From Spiroplasma sp. (GTDB lineage Bacteria > Bacillota_I > Bacilli_A > Mycoplasmatales > MT37): 64,000 bases of DNA. The first letter of the stretch is position 1; each line of letters opens with the position of its first letter. This document shows positions 9,104 through 21,421 of the stretch, piece after piece. The position numbers and the translations under genes were made by a program. The stretch spans positions 545,064-609,063 of the forward strand of contig OZ245361.1 of the NCBI GenBank assembly GCA_965226525.1, written 5' to 3'. The notes beneath the pieces were generated by a model. That model was not told the origin of the DNA and did no database searches. It saw only the letters and a list, made by a program, of their open reading frames with translations.

Positions 9104-10678
9104 ATGTTGAAAAAAGTCTTTGCTGTTTTTCCAATTTTTATTTTCTTTACCTTCTCAGGTTTGTTTGTTTTTGCCAGTCCATCTTCTCCAGTTGTTTTCT
9201 CATCAGGAGTTTCTGCCTCTACTAATTTAGCAGCAGAAAAAATAGGTAAGATTGATCAGCTTTGATCAGGAATCAAAGATGAAATAAAGAAGCCAGATCA
9301 TTATTTTTTAACTAAAATCCCAATTAAAATTCCTGCTCTAGTTGGTAAATTTTACAACTTAGGACCTTTATACAAAGCAGCACAAACTGAACTTGCTACC
9401 TCTGGTTCTAGTCTGACAACTGAAGGTGCCAGAGAAAAACTTTTAGAACTGGTTAATGCTGGTTTAGATTCTGCAACAGTTAATTATGCACTTTCTCAAG
9501 AAAGAGGATTTGGTTTTTCTCGTATTTTACTTAACCTTTGAGATAATTATTTGAGTCAAGAATTACTAAAACCCAAATATGCTCACTTAGTTAAAACCCT
9601 AATCTCAATCAAAAAAGGAGAAAAAGTATACAAAGTTAGTTTAGAACCCTTGTTTCTTGCTGCTAGAAATCAAGAAGACAAATCATGAAATGAACTGCCA
9701 ACCTCTGCTAAAGACCTACTTATTGAGTTGGTTGATGCTCAGGTTGTAAGATCTGATCTCAGTCCTGTTTTGGCAAAAACAGCACTAGATCTTCTCTGAT
9801 CAGGCATCAAGGATGAGTTGAAAAAACCAGAATATGCTTATCTATCCAAAGCCCCTATTGGAATTGATGAAACAGACTATGACCTGGAACCCTTGTTTGC
9901 TGCTGCTAAAAATGATGCCCAGTATGAAAAGAAAGGTTCTGAACTTTCTGTCCAGGCAAAAGACAAACTCCAAGAGTTAGTTAATGATGTTGTTATTCCT
10001 CAAAAGTTTAAAGATGCTTTAGATGTTAAAAACAATGAAAAGTTAGATGCTTTCTGATCAAAAATTAAATCTGAAATGAAAAAACCAGATTATGCCTACT
10101 TAGTCAAAACTCCAATCCTAGTCAATGGTAATAACTACAATCTTGAACCCTTATTTGTTGCTGTTAAAAATGAGTATGGTGTTTTAGGTTCGCAACTCTC
10201 TGATTCAGCAAAAAATAAGTTACAGAGTTTAGTTAGTGCTGATGTTCAACACCAAATTTTTAAAACTAGTTTAGTGACAATAAACAATCAAAAATTAGAC
10301 AACCTTTGAAACCAACTAAAAAAGGTTTTTAACCAACCAGAATTTAGCAAATGAAAAAACACTTCAATCAAAATTGAAAACAAAAGCTATGATCTTAAAC
10401 TTTTGTTTACTGCCAATGATAAAACAACTGTTAAAGGTTCTGCATTGCCTTTAGATACTAAACTGAAACTCCAAGAATTACTCAATGATCAAGTTACTTC
10501 CAAAATGGTTGAAAACCAACTACTTGCTCTCAATCAGGCAGAAGCAGAAAAGAATAAGCAAGCAAAAGAAAAACAACAACATCAAGATTTAACCATTGGT
10601 TTAGCAACTGGTGGAGGTGTGTTAGTTGCTGCTGGCTTGGGTGGTTTTCTCTACTGGTTTTTTAGGATTAGAAAATAA
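9104..10678 (+). CDS. Array surface-protein paralog, copy 6 (524 aa)
   Basis: ORFs 9818.., 10076.. and 10403..10678 are all in frame with ATG 9104. Confidence 0.85.
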
Positions 10679-10828
10679 AGAGTTTTTTGACTATCAATCT
10701 TTATTTTCCTTATTTTTTTAAAAAAAACACTTGCTTATAGATTTTTTCTAAAGCATTTTTTGACTATTCAAAAGTGGACAAAATCAGTTGTTTCTTTCCT
10801 GGTTTTTTACTTCTTTTTCACCAATTAC

Positions 10829-10854
10829 TTGACAAAAAAAAAAAAAAGTAAAAT
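10829..10854 (+). promoter_or_regulatory. Putative promoter TTGAC-A14-G-TAAAAT (copy 7)
   Basis: A run at 10834-10847. ATG at 10864. Confidence 0.55.
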
Positions 10855-10863
10855 GAAGGCACA

Positions 10864-12435
10864 ATGTTGAAAAAAGTCTTTACTTTTTTTCCAGTTTTTA
10901 TCTTTTTTGCCTTCTCAGTTTTGTTTGTTTTTGCTAGTCCATCTTCTTCAGTTGTTTTCTCATCAGGAGACTCTGCCTCTACTAATTTAGCAGCAGAAAA
11001 AATAGTTAAAATTGATCAGCTTTGATCAGGAATCAAAAATGAAATAAAGAAACCAGTATATTATTTTCTAACTAAAATCTCAATTAAAATTCCTGTTCGA
11101 GTTGGTAAATTTTATGACTTAGGACCTTTATACAAAGCAGCACAAAATGAACTTGCTACCCCTGGTTCTAGTCTGGAAACTGAAGGTGCCAGAGAAAAAC
11201 TTTTAGAACTGGTTAATGCTGGTTTAGATTCTGCAACAGTTAATTCTGCGCTTTCTCATGAAAATGAAGGAAGAACTGGTTTTCCTACTCTTTTAAGATG
11301 ACTTTGAAATCTTTCTTTCATTTTAGAATTAATAAGCCCCAAATATACTCACTTAATCAGAGTTCCAATTATAATTAAAGGTAGTAGTTATGATTTTGAA
11401 CCATTTTACAATGCTGTCAGAAATCAAGGAGACACAGAAAAAAAGTGACATGAACTGCCAAATTCTGCTAAAGACCTACTTATTAGTTTGGAAGTTGCAC
11501 AGGTTGAAAGAAGGGATCTCAATCCTGCTTTAGCAAAAACAGCACTAGATCTTCTTTGATCAGAAATCAAATCTGAACTAAAGACAAAATATGCTTATCT
11601 ATCCAAAGCCCCTATTGGAATTGATGAAACAGACTATGACCTGGAACCCTTGTTTGCTGCTGCTAAAAATGATGCCCAGTATGAAAAGAAAGGTTCTGAA
11701 CTTTCTGTCCAGGCAAAAGACAAACTCCAAGAGTTAGTTAATGATGTTGTTATTCCTCAAAAGTTTAAAGACGCTTTAGATGTTAAAAACAATGAAAAGT
11801 TAGATGCTTTCTGATCAAAAATTAAATCTGAAATGAAAAAACCAGATTATGCCTACTTAGTCAAAACTCCAATCCTAGTCAATGGTAATAACTACAATCT
11901 TGAACCCTTATTTGTTGCTGTTAAAAATGAGTATGGTGTTTTAGGTTCGCAACTCTCTGATTCAGCAAAAAATAAGTTACAGAGTTTAGTTAGTGCTGAT
12001 GTTCAACACCAAATTTTTAAAACTAGTTTAGTGACAATAAACAATCAAAAATTAGACAACCTTTGAAACCAACTAAAAAAGGTTTTTAACCAAACAGAAT
12101 TTAGCAAATGAAAAAACACTTCAATCAAAATTGAAAACAAAAGTTATGATCTTAAACTTTTGTTTACTGCCAATGATAAAACAACTGTTAAAGGTTCTGC
12201 ATTGCCTTTAGATACTAAACTGAAACTCCAAGAATTACTCAATGATCAAGTTACTTCCAAAATGGTTGAAAACCAACTACTTGCTCTCAATCAGGCAGAA
12301 GCAGAAAAGAATAAGCAAGCAAAAGAAAAACAACAACATCAAGATTTAACCATTGGTTTAGCAACTGGTGGAGGTGTGTTAGTTGCTGCTGACTTGGGTG
12401 GTTTTCTCTACTGGTTTTTTAGGATTAGAAAATAA
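10864..12435 (+). CDS. Array surface-protein paralog, copy 7 (523 aa)
   Basis: ORFs 11833.. and 12160..12435 are in frame. The 3' two-thirds is nearly identical to copy 6. Confidence 0.85.
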
Positions 12436-12585
12436 AGAGTTTTTTGACTATCAATCTTTATTTTCCTTATTTTTTTAAAAAAAACACTTGCTTATAGATT
12501 TTTTCTAAAGCATTTTTTGACTATTCAAAAGTGGACAAAATCAGTTGTTTCTTTCCTGGTTTTTTACTTCTTTTTCACCAATTAC

Positions 12586-12611
12586 TTGACAAAAAAAAAA
12601 AAAAGTAAAAT
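12586..12611 (+). promoter_or_regulatory. Putative promoter TTGAC-A14-G-TAAAAT (copy 8)
   Basis: A run at 12591-12604. ATG at 12621. Confidence 0.55.
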
Positions 12612-12620
12612 GAAGGCACA

Positions 12621-14192
12621 ATGTTGAAAAAAGTCTTTACTTTTTTTCCAGTTTTTATCTTTTTTGCCTTCTCAGGTTTGTTTGTTTTTGCTAGTCCATC
12701 TTCTTCAGTTGTTTTCTCATCAGGAGACTCTGCCTCTACTAATTTAGCAGCAGAAAAAATAACTAAAATTGATCAGCTCTGATCAGAAATCAAAGATGAA
12801 ATAAAGGATTCAGAATATTATTTTCTAACTAAAATCCCAATTAACATTCCTACTCAAGGCAGTAAACTTTATGACTTAGGACCTTTATACAAAGCAGCAC
12901 AAACTGAACTTGCTACCTCTGGTTCTAGTCTGACAACTGAAGGTGCTAGAGAAAAACTTTTAGAACTGGTTAATGCTGGTTTAGATTCTGCAAGAGTGAA
13001 TTCTGCCCTTTCTCATGAAAAAGGATTTGGTTTTTCTCCTACTTTACGAAACCTTTGAAGTCATTATTTGGATCAAGAATTACTAAAACCCAAATATGCT
13101 CACTTAGCTAAAACCCTAATCTCAATCAAAAAAGGAGAAAAAGTATACAAAGTTAGTTTAGAGCCCCTTTTTCTTGCTGCTAGAAATCAAGGAAACAAAC
13201 CATGAGAAGAACTGTTAACTGCTGCTAAAGACCTACTTATTGAGTTGGTTGATGCTGATGTTAGAGAGCAGCATCTCAATCCTGCTTTAGCAAAAACAGC
13301 ACTAGATCTTATTTGATCAGAAATCAAATCTGAACTAAAGACAAAATATGCTTATCTATCTAAAATTCCTATTGGAATTGATAGAAAAGACTACAACCTA
13401 GAATCTTTGTTTGCTGCTGCTAAAGATGATACTCAATATGAAAAGAAAGGTTCTGAACTTCCTGCCCAGGCAAAAAACAAACTCCAAGAGTTAGTTAATG
13501 CTGTTGTTATTCCTCAAAAACTTAAAGACGCTTTATATAAAAACAATGAAAAGTTAGATGCTTTCTGATCAGAAATTAAATCTGAACTGAAAAAACCAAA
13601 TTATGCCTACTTAGTCAAAACTCCAATCCTAGTCAATGGTAATAACTACAACCTTGAACCCTTATTTATTGCTGTTAAAAATGAGTATGGTGTTTTAGGT
13701 TCGCAACTCTCTGATTCAGCAAAAAATAAGTTACAGAGTTTAGTTAGTGCTGATGTTCAACACCAAATTTTCAAAACTAGTTTAGTGACAATAAACAACC
13801 AAAAATTAGACAACCTTTGAAACCAACTAAAAAAGATTCTTAACCAACCAGAATTTAGCAAATGAAAAGATACTTCAATCAAGATTAAAAACAAAAGTTA
13901 TGATCTTAAACTTTTGTTTGCTGCTGCCAAGGAAAAGGCAGATGTTCAAGGTTCTGCTTTACTCTTAAATACCAAACTTAAACTCCAAGAGTTAGTCAAT
14001 GATCAAGTTACTTCCAAAATGATTGAAAACCAACTGCTTGCTCTCAATCAGGCAGAAGCAGAAAAGAATAAGCAAGTGAAAAAAAAGCAACAAAGTCAAG
14101 GTTTAACCATTGGTTTAGCAACTGGCGGAGGTGTGTTAGTTGCTGCTGGTCTGAGTGGTTTTCTCTACTGGTTTTTTAGGATTAGAAAATAA
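12621..14192 (+). CDS. Array surface-protein paralog, copy 8 (523 aa)
   Basis: ORF 13914..14192 is in frame (offset 1293). Same N-terminus and anchor. Confidence 0.83.
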
Positions 14193-14335
14193 AGAGTTTT
14201 TTGACTATCAATCTTTATTTTCCTTATTTTAAAAAACTTGCTTATAGATTTTTTCTAAAGCATTTTTTGACTATTCAAAAGTGGACAAAATCAGTTGTTT
14301 CTTTCCTGATTTTTTGCTTCTTTTTCACCAATTAC

Positions 14336-14362
14336 TTGACAAAAAAAAAAAAAAAGTAAAAT
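14336..14362 (+). promoter_or_regulatory. Putative promoter TTGAC-A15-G-TAAAAT (copy 9)
   Basis: A run at 14341-14355. ATG at 14372. Confidence 0.55.
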
Positions 14363-14371
14363 GAAGGCACA

Positions 14372-15943
14372 ATGTTGAAAAAAGTCTTTGCTGTTTTTCC
14401 AGTTTTTATCTTTTTTGCCTTTTCAGGTTTGTTTGTTTTTGCCAGTCCATCTTCTCCAGTTGTTTTCTCATCAGGAGGCTCTGCCTCTACTAATTTAGCA
14501 GCAGAAAAAAAAGTTAAAATTGATCAACTTTGATCAGGAATCAAAGATGAAATAAAGGATTCAGAATATTATTTTCTAATTGAAATCCCAATTAAAATTC
14601 CTGTTCGAGGTGGCAAACTTTATGACTTAGGACCTTTATACAAAGCAGCACAAATTGAACTTGCTACCTCTGGTTCTAGTCTGACAACTGAAGGTGCCAG
14701 AGAAAAACTTTTAGAACTGGTTAATGCTGGTTTAGATTCTGCAAAAGTTAATTCTGCGCTTTCTTATGAAAAAGGATTTGGTTTTTCTCCTATTTTAGGA
14801 AAACTTTGAGTTCAGTATTTGAGTCAAGAATTACTAAAACCCAAATATGCTCGCTTAGCTAAAACCCTAATCTCAATCAAAAAAGGAGAAAAAGTATACA
14901 AAGTTAGTTTAGAACCCTTGTTTCTTGCTGCTAGAAATCAAGAAGACACATCATGAAATGAACTGTCAACCGCTGCTAAAGACTTACTTATCAGTTTGGT
15001 TGCTGCTGGCATTAAAAGGGAGCATCTCAATCCTGCTTTAGCAAAAACAGCGCTAGATCTTCTCTGATCAGGCATTAAGGATGAGTTGAAAAAACCAGAA
15101 TATGCTTATCTATCCAAAACTCTTATCAAAATTGATAGAAAAGACTACAAACTAGAACCCTTGTTTACTGCTGCTAAAAATGATGCCCAGTATGAAAAGA
15201 AAGGATCTGAACTTCCTGTTCAGGCAAAAAAGAAACTCCAAGAGTTAGTTGATGCTGTTGTTATTCCTCAAAAGCTTAAAGATGCTTTAGATGTTAAAAA
15301 CAAAAAGTTAGATGCTTTCTGATCAGAAATTAAATCTGAACTGAAGAAACCAGATTATGCCTACTTAATCAAAACTCCAATCCTAGTCAATGGTAATAAA
15401 TACAACCTTGAACCCTTGTTTGTTGCTGTTAAAAATGAGTATCATGTTTTAGGTTCACAACTCTCTGATCCAGCAAAAAATAAGTTACAGAGTTTAGTTA
15501 GTGCTGATGTTCAACACCAAATTTTCAAAACTAGTTTAGTGACAATAAACAACCAAAAATTAGATGACCTTTGAACCCAACTAAAAAAAATTCTCAACCA
15601 ACCAGATTTTGACAAATGAAAAGATACTTCAATCAAAATTAAAAACAAAAGTTATGATCTTAAACTTTTGTTTACTGCCAAGGAAAAGGCAGGTGTTAAA
15701 GGTTCTGCTTTACCGTTAGATACTAAGCTGAAACTCCAAGAATTACTCAATGATCAAGTTACTTCTAAAATGGTTGAAAACCAACTGCTTGCTCTCAATC
15801 AGGCAGAAGCAGCAAAGAATAAGCAAGTAAAAAAAAAGCAACAAAACACAGGTTTAACCATTGGTTTAGCAACTGGCGGTAGTGTTTTAGTTGCTGCTGG
15901 TCTGGGTGGTTTTCTCTACTGGTTTTTTAAAATTAGAAAATAA
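14372..15943 (+). CDS. Array surface-protein paralog, copy 9 (523 aa)
   Basis: ORFs 15086.. and 15668..15943 are in frame. Confidence 0.83.
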
Positions 15944-16093
15944 AGAGTTTTTTGACTATCAATCTTTATTTTCCTTATTTTTTTAAAAAAAACACTTGCT
16001 TATAGATTTTTTCTAAAGCATTTTTTGACTATTCAAAAGTGGACAAAATCAGTTGTTTCTTTCCTGATTTTTTGCTTCTTTTTCACCAATTAC

Positions 16094-16120
16094 TTGACAA
16101 AAAAAAAAAAAAAGTAAAAT
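16094..16120 (+). promoter_or_regulatory. Putative promoter TTGAC-A15-G-TAAAAT (copy 10)
   Basis: A run at 16099-16113. ATG at 16130. Confidence 0.55.
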
Positions 16121-16129
16121 GAAGGCACA

Positions 16130-17713
16130 ATGTTGAAAAAAGTCTTTGCTGTTTTTCCAATTTTTATTTTCTTTACCTTCTCAGGTTTGTTTGTTTTTGC
16201 CAGTCCATCTTCTCCAGTTGTTTTCTCATCAGGAGGTTCCGCCTCTACTAATTTAGCAGCAGAAAAAATAGGTAAGATTAATCAGCTTTGATCAGGAATC
16301 AAAGATGAAATAAAGAAGTCAGAATATTATTTTCTAACTAAAATCCCAATTAAAATTCCTGTTCGAGTTGGTAAATTTTACAACTTAGGACCTTTATACA
16401 AAGCAGCACAAAATGAACTTGCTACCTCTGGTTCTAGTCTGACAACTGAAGGTGCCAGAGAAAAACTTTTAGAACTGGTTAATGCTGGTTTAGATTCTGC
16501 AACAGTTAATTCTGCACTTTCTCGTGAAGAAGGATTTGGTTTTGCTAAAGATTTAAGCGACATTTCAAATTTTGATTTCTTTTTAGAATTAGTAAAACCC
16601 AAATATACTCACTTAGTTAAAACCCCAATCTCAATCAAAAAAGGAGAAAAAGTATACAAAGTTAGTTTAGAACCCTTGTTCAATGCTGCTAGAAATCAAG
16701 GAGACAAAGCATGATATGAAAAGCCAACTGCTGCTAAAGACTTACTTATCAGTTTGGTTGCTGCTGGCATTAAAGAGGAGCATCTCAATCCTGCTTTAGC
16801 AAAAACAGCACTAGATTTTCTTTGATCAGAAATTAAATCTGAACTAAAGACAAAATATGCTTATCTATCCAAAAATCCAATCCTAGTCAATAATAATAAC
16901 TATAACCTTCAACTCTTGTTTGTTGCTGCCAAAAATGATACCCAGTATGAAAAGAAAGGATCTGAACTTCCTGTTCAGGCAAAAAAGAAACTCCAAGAGT
17001 TAGTTGATGCTGTTGTTATTCCTCAAAAGCTTAAAGATGCTTTAGATGTTAAAAACAATGAAAAGTTAGATGCTTTCTGATCAGAAATTAAATCTGAACT
17101 GAAAAAACCAGATTATGCCTACTTAGTCAAAACTCCAATCCTAGTCAAAGGTAATAACTACAACCTTGAACCCTTGTTTGTTGCTGTTAAAAATGAGTAT
17201 CGTGTTTTAGGTTCACAACTCTCTGATCCAGCAAAAAATAAGTTACAGAGTTTAGTTAGTACTGGTGTTCAACACCAAATTTTTAAAAGCAGTTTAGCAA
17301 CAGCAAACATTCAAAACAACCAAAAATTAGACAACCTTTGAAGCCAACTAAAAAAGATTCTTAACCAACCAGAATTTAGCAAATGAAAAAATACTTCAAT
17401 CAAGATTAAAAACAAAAGTTATGATCTTAAACTTTTGTTTGTTGCTGCCAAGGAAAATGCAGATGTTAAAGATTCTGCCTTGCCCTTGGATGCCAAACTC
17501 CAACTTCAAGAATTACTCAATGATCAAGTTACTTCCAAAATGGTTGAAAACCAACTGCTCACACTCAATCAGGCAGAAGCGGAAAATAATAAGCAAGCAA
17601 AAGAAAAACAACAACGTCAAGATTTAACCATTGGTTTAGCAACTGGCGGCAGTGTTTTAGTTGCTGCTGGTGTGAGTGGTTTTCTCTACTGGTTTTTTAA
17701 AATTAGAAAATAA
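16130..17713 (+). CDS. Array surface-protein paralog, copy 10 (527 aa)
   Basis: ORF 17435..17713 is in frame (offset 1305). The tail is almost identical to the copy 1 tail. Confidence 0.83.
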
Positions 17714-17861
17714 AGTTTTTAGGTACCTGCTTTGGTTGTTTAGTTTTTAAATTTTTTTATGGATCTCCTTTTCAAATAGTTTTAAACACTTAAGAAAATA
17801 AATAAATTTAATATTTTTTTAGTTTTTGAAAAAAAACATTTTGGTTTTTTGCCTGAGTTAC

Positions 17862-17888
17862 TTGACAAAAAAAAAAAAAAAGTAAAAT
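17862..17888 (+). promoter_or_regulatory. Putative promoter TTGAC-A15-G-TAAAAT (copy 11)
   Basis: A run at 17867-17881. ATG at 17898. Confidence 0.55.
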
Positions 17889-17897
17889 GAAGGCACA

Positions 17898-19481
17898 ATG
17901 TTGAAAAAAGTCTTTGCTGTTTTTCCAGTTTTTATCTTCTTTGCCTTCTCATGTTTGTTTGTTTTTGCTAGTCCATCTTCTCCAGTTGTTTTCTCATCAG
18001 GAGGTTCTGCCTCTACTAACTTACCAGCAGAAAAAATAGTTAAAATTGATCAGCTTTGATCAGAAATCAAAGATGAAATAAATGATTCAGAATATTATTT
18101 TCTAACTAAAATCCCAATTAAAATTCCTACTCAAGGCGGTAAACTTTATGACTTAGGACCTTTATACAAAGCAGCACAAAATGAACTTGCTACCTCTGGT
18201 TCTAGTCTGACAACTGAAGGTGCCAGAGAAAAACTTTTAGAACTGGTTAATGCTGGTTTAGATTCTGCAAAAGTTAATTCTGTGCTTTCTGGTGAAAAAT
18301 CATTTGGTTTTTCTCGTATTTTACTTAACCTTTGAGATCGTTATTTGAATCAAGAATTACTAAAACCCAAATATGCTCACTTAGCTAAAACCCCAATCTC
18401 AATCAAAAAAGGAGAAAAAGTATACAAAGTTAGTTTAGAACCCCTGTTTCTTGCTGCTAGAAATCAAGAAAACAAATCATGAAATCAACTGTCAACCGCC
18501 ACTAAAGACCTACTTATTAGGTTGACTTATGCCGGCATTAAAGAGGAGCATCTCAATCCTGCTTTAGCAAAAACAGCACTAGATCTTCTTTGATCAGAAA
18601 TCAAATCTGAACTAAAGACAAAATATGCTTATCTATCCAAAAATCCAATCCTAGTCAATGGTAATAACTACAACCTTGAACCCTTGTTTACTGCTGCTAA
18701 AGATGATACTCAATATGCAAAGGAAGGTTCTGAACTTCCTGCCCAGGCAAAAAACAAACTCCAAGAGTTAGTTGATGATGTTGTTATTCCTCAAAAGTTT
18801 AAAGATGCTTTAGATGCTAAAAACAATGAAAAGTTAGATGCTTTCTGATCAGAAATTAAATCTGAACTGAAAAAACCAGAATATGCCCATCTATCCAAAA
18901 CTCAAATCCTAGTCAAAGGTAATAAATACAACCTTGAACCCTTGTTTGTTGCTGTCAAAAATGAGTATCGTGTTTTAGGTTCACAACTCTCTGATTCAGC
19001 AAAAAATAAGTTACAGAGTTTAGTTAGCGCTGATGTTCAACACCAAATTTTTAAAACTAGTTTAACAAAAGCAAACATTCAAAACAACCAAAAATTAGAC
19101 AACCTTTGAACCCAACTAAAAAAGATTCTTAACCAACCAGAGTTTGACAAATGAAAAGATACTTCAATCAAGATTAAAAACAAAAGTTATGATCTTAAAC
19201 TTTTGTTTGTTGCCGCCAAGGAAAAGGCAGATGTTAAAGGTTCTGCCTTGTCCTTGGATGCCAAACTCCAACTTCAAGAATTACTCAATGATCAAGTTAA
19301 TTCCAAAATGATTGAAAACCAACTGCTTGCTCTTGACCAGACAGAAGCAGAAAAGAATAAGCAAGCAAAAGAAAAACAACAAAGTCAAGATTTAACCATT
19401 GGTTTAGCAACTGGCGGAGGTGTGTTAGTTGCTGCTGGTCTGGGTGGTTTTCTCTACTGGTTTTTTAAAATTAGAAAATAA
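17898..19481 (+). CDS. Array surface-protein paralog, copy 11 (527 aa)
   Basis: ORF 19203..19481 is in frame (offset 1305). Confidence 0.83.
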
Positions 19482-19627
19482 AGAGTTTTTTGACTATCAA
19501 TCTTTATTTTCCTTATTTTAAAAAAACTTGCTTATAGATTTTTTCTAAAGTATTTTTTGTGACTATTCAAAAGTGGACAAAATCAGTTGTTTCTTTCCTG
19601 GTTTTTTGCTTCTTTTTCACCAATTAC

Positions 19628-19654
19628 TTGACAAAAAAAAAAAAAAAGTAAAAT
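19628..19654 (+). promoter_or_regulatory. Putative promoter TTGAC-A15-G-TAAAAT (copy 12)
   Basis: A run at 19633-19647. ATG at 19664. Confidence 0.55.
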
Positions 19655-19663
19655 GAAGGCACA

Positions 19664-21241
19664 ATGTTGAAAAAAGTCTTTGCTGTTTTTCCAGTTTTTA
19701 TCTTTTTTGCCTTTTCAGGTTTGTTTGTTTTTGCCAGTCCATCTTCTCCAGTTGTTTTCTCATCAGGAGGTTCTGCCTCTACTAATTTAGCAGCAGAAAA
19801 AATAGCTAAAATTGATCAGCTTTGATCAGGAATCAAAAATGAAATAAAGAAGCCAGATCATTATTTTTTAACTAAAATCACAATTGAAATTCCTACTCAA
19901 GGCGGTAAACTTTATGACTTAGGACCTTTATACAAAGCAGCACAAACTGAACTTGCCACCTCTGGTTCTAGTCTGGAAACTGAAGGTGCCAGAGAAAAAC
20001 TTTTAGAACTGGTTAATGCTGGTTTAGATTCTGCAACAGTTAATTATGCACTTTCTCAAGAAAAAGGATTTGGTTTTTCTCGTATTTTACTTAACCTTTG
20101 AGATAATTATTTGAGTCAAGAATTACTAAAACCCAAATATGCTCACTTAGTTAAAACCCTAATCTCAATCAAAAAAGGAGAAAAAGTATACAAAGTTAGT
20201 TTAGAACCCTTGTTTCTTGCTGCTAGAAATCAAGAAGACAAATCATGAAATGAACTGCCAACCTCTGCTAAAGACCTACTTATTGAGTTGGTTGATGCTC
20301 AGGTTGTAAGATCTGATCTCAGTCCTGTTTTGGCAAAAACAGCACTAGATCTTCTCTGATCAGGCATCAAGGATGAGTTGAAAAAACCAGAATATGCTTA
20401 TCTATCTAAAACTCTTATCAAAATTGATGAAACAGACTATGACCTGGAACCCTTGTTTGCTGCTGCTAAAGATGATACTCAATATGCAAAGGAAGGTTCT
20501 GAACTTCCTGCCCAGGCAAAAGACAAACTCCAAGAGTTAGTTAATGATGTTGTTATTCCTCAAAAGTTTAAAGACGCTTTAGATGTTAAAAACAATGAAA
20601 AGTTAGATGCTTTCTGATCAGAAATTAAATCTGAACTGAAGAAACCAGATTATGCCTACTTAGTCAAAACTCCAATCCTAGTCAAAGGTAATAACTACAA
20701 CCTTGAACCCTTGTTTGTTGCTGTCAAAAATGAGTATCGTGTTTTAGGTTCACAACTCTCTGATTCAGCAAAAAATAAGTTACAGAGTTTAGTTAGTGCT
20801 GATGTTCAACACCAAATTTTCAAAACTAGTTTAGTGACAATAAACAATCAAAAATTAGACAACCTTTGAAACCAACTAAAAAAGGTTTTTAACCAACCAG
20901 AATTTAGCAAATGAAAAGATACTTCAATCAAAATTAAAAACAAAAGTTATGATCTTAAACTTTTATTTGCTGCTGCCAAGGAAAAGGCAGATGTTAAAGG
21001 TTCTGCCTTTTCCTTAGATGCCAAACTCAAACTCCAAGAGTTAGTCAATGATCAGGTTACTTTCAAAATGATTGAAAACCAACTGCTTGCTCTCAATCAG
21101 GCAGAAGCAGAAAAGAATCAGCAAGCAAAAGAAAAACAACAACGTCAAGATTTAACCATTGGTTTAGCAACTGGCGGAGGTGTGTTAGCTGCTGCTGGTT
21201 TGGGTGGTTTTCTCTACTGGTTTTTTAAAATTAGAAAATAA
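19664..21241 (+). CDS. Array surface-protein paralog, copy 12 (525 aa)
   Basis: ORF 20378.. is in frame. It ends ...FLYWFFKIRK then TAA at 21239-21241. Length is 1578 nt. Confidence 0.83.
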
Positions 21242-21385
21242 AGAGTTTTTTGACTATCAATCTTTATTTTCCTTATTTTAAAAAAACTTGCTTATAGATT
21301 TTTTCTAAAGCATTTTTTGACTATTCAAAAGTGGACAAAATCAGTTGTTTCTTTCCTGGTTTTTTACTTCTTTTTTACCAATTAC

Positions 21386-21412
21386 TTGACAAAAAAAAAA
21401 AAAAAGTAAAAT
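21386..21412 (+). promoter_or_regulatory. Putative promoter TTGAC-A15-G-TAAAAT (copy 13)
   Basis: A run at 21391-21405. ATG at 21422. Confidence 0.55.
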
Positions 21413-21421
21413 GAAGGCACA

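Noticed and set aside
8928-9110. A 60-aa ORF spanning a type A spacer and the poly(A) tract (…TKKKKSKMKAQC).
   Set aside because: It reads through the promoter element (the KKKK comes from the A run). It is not conserved as an ORF in the other spacers and has low-complexity composition.
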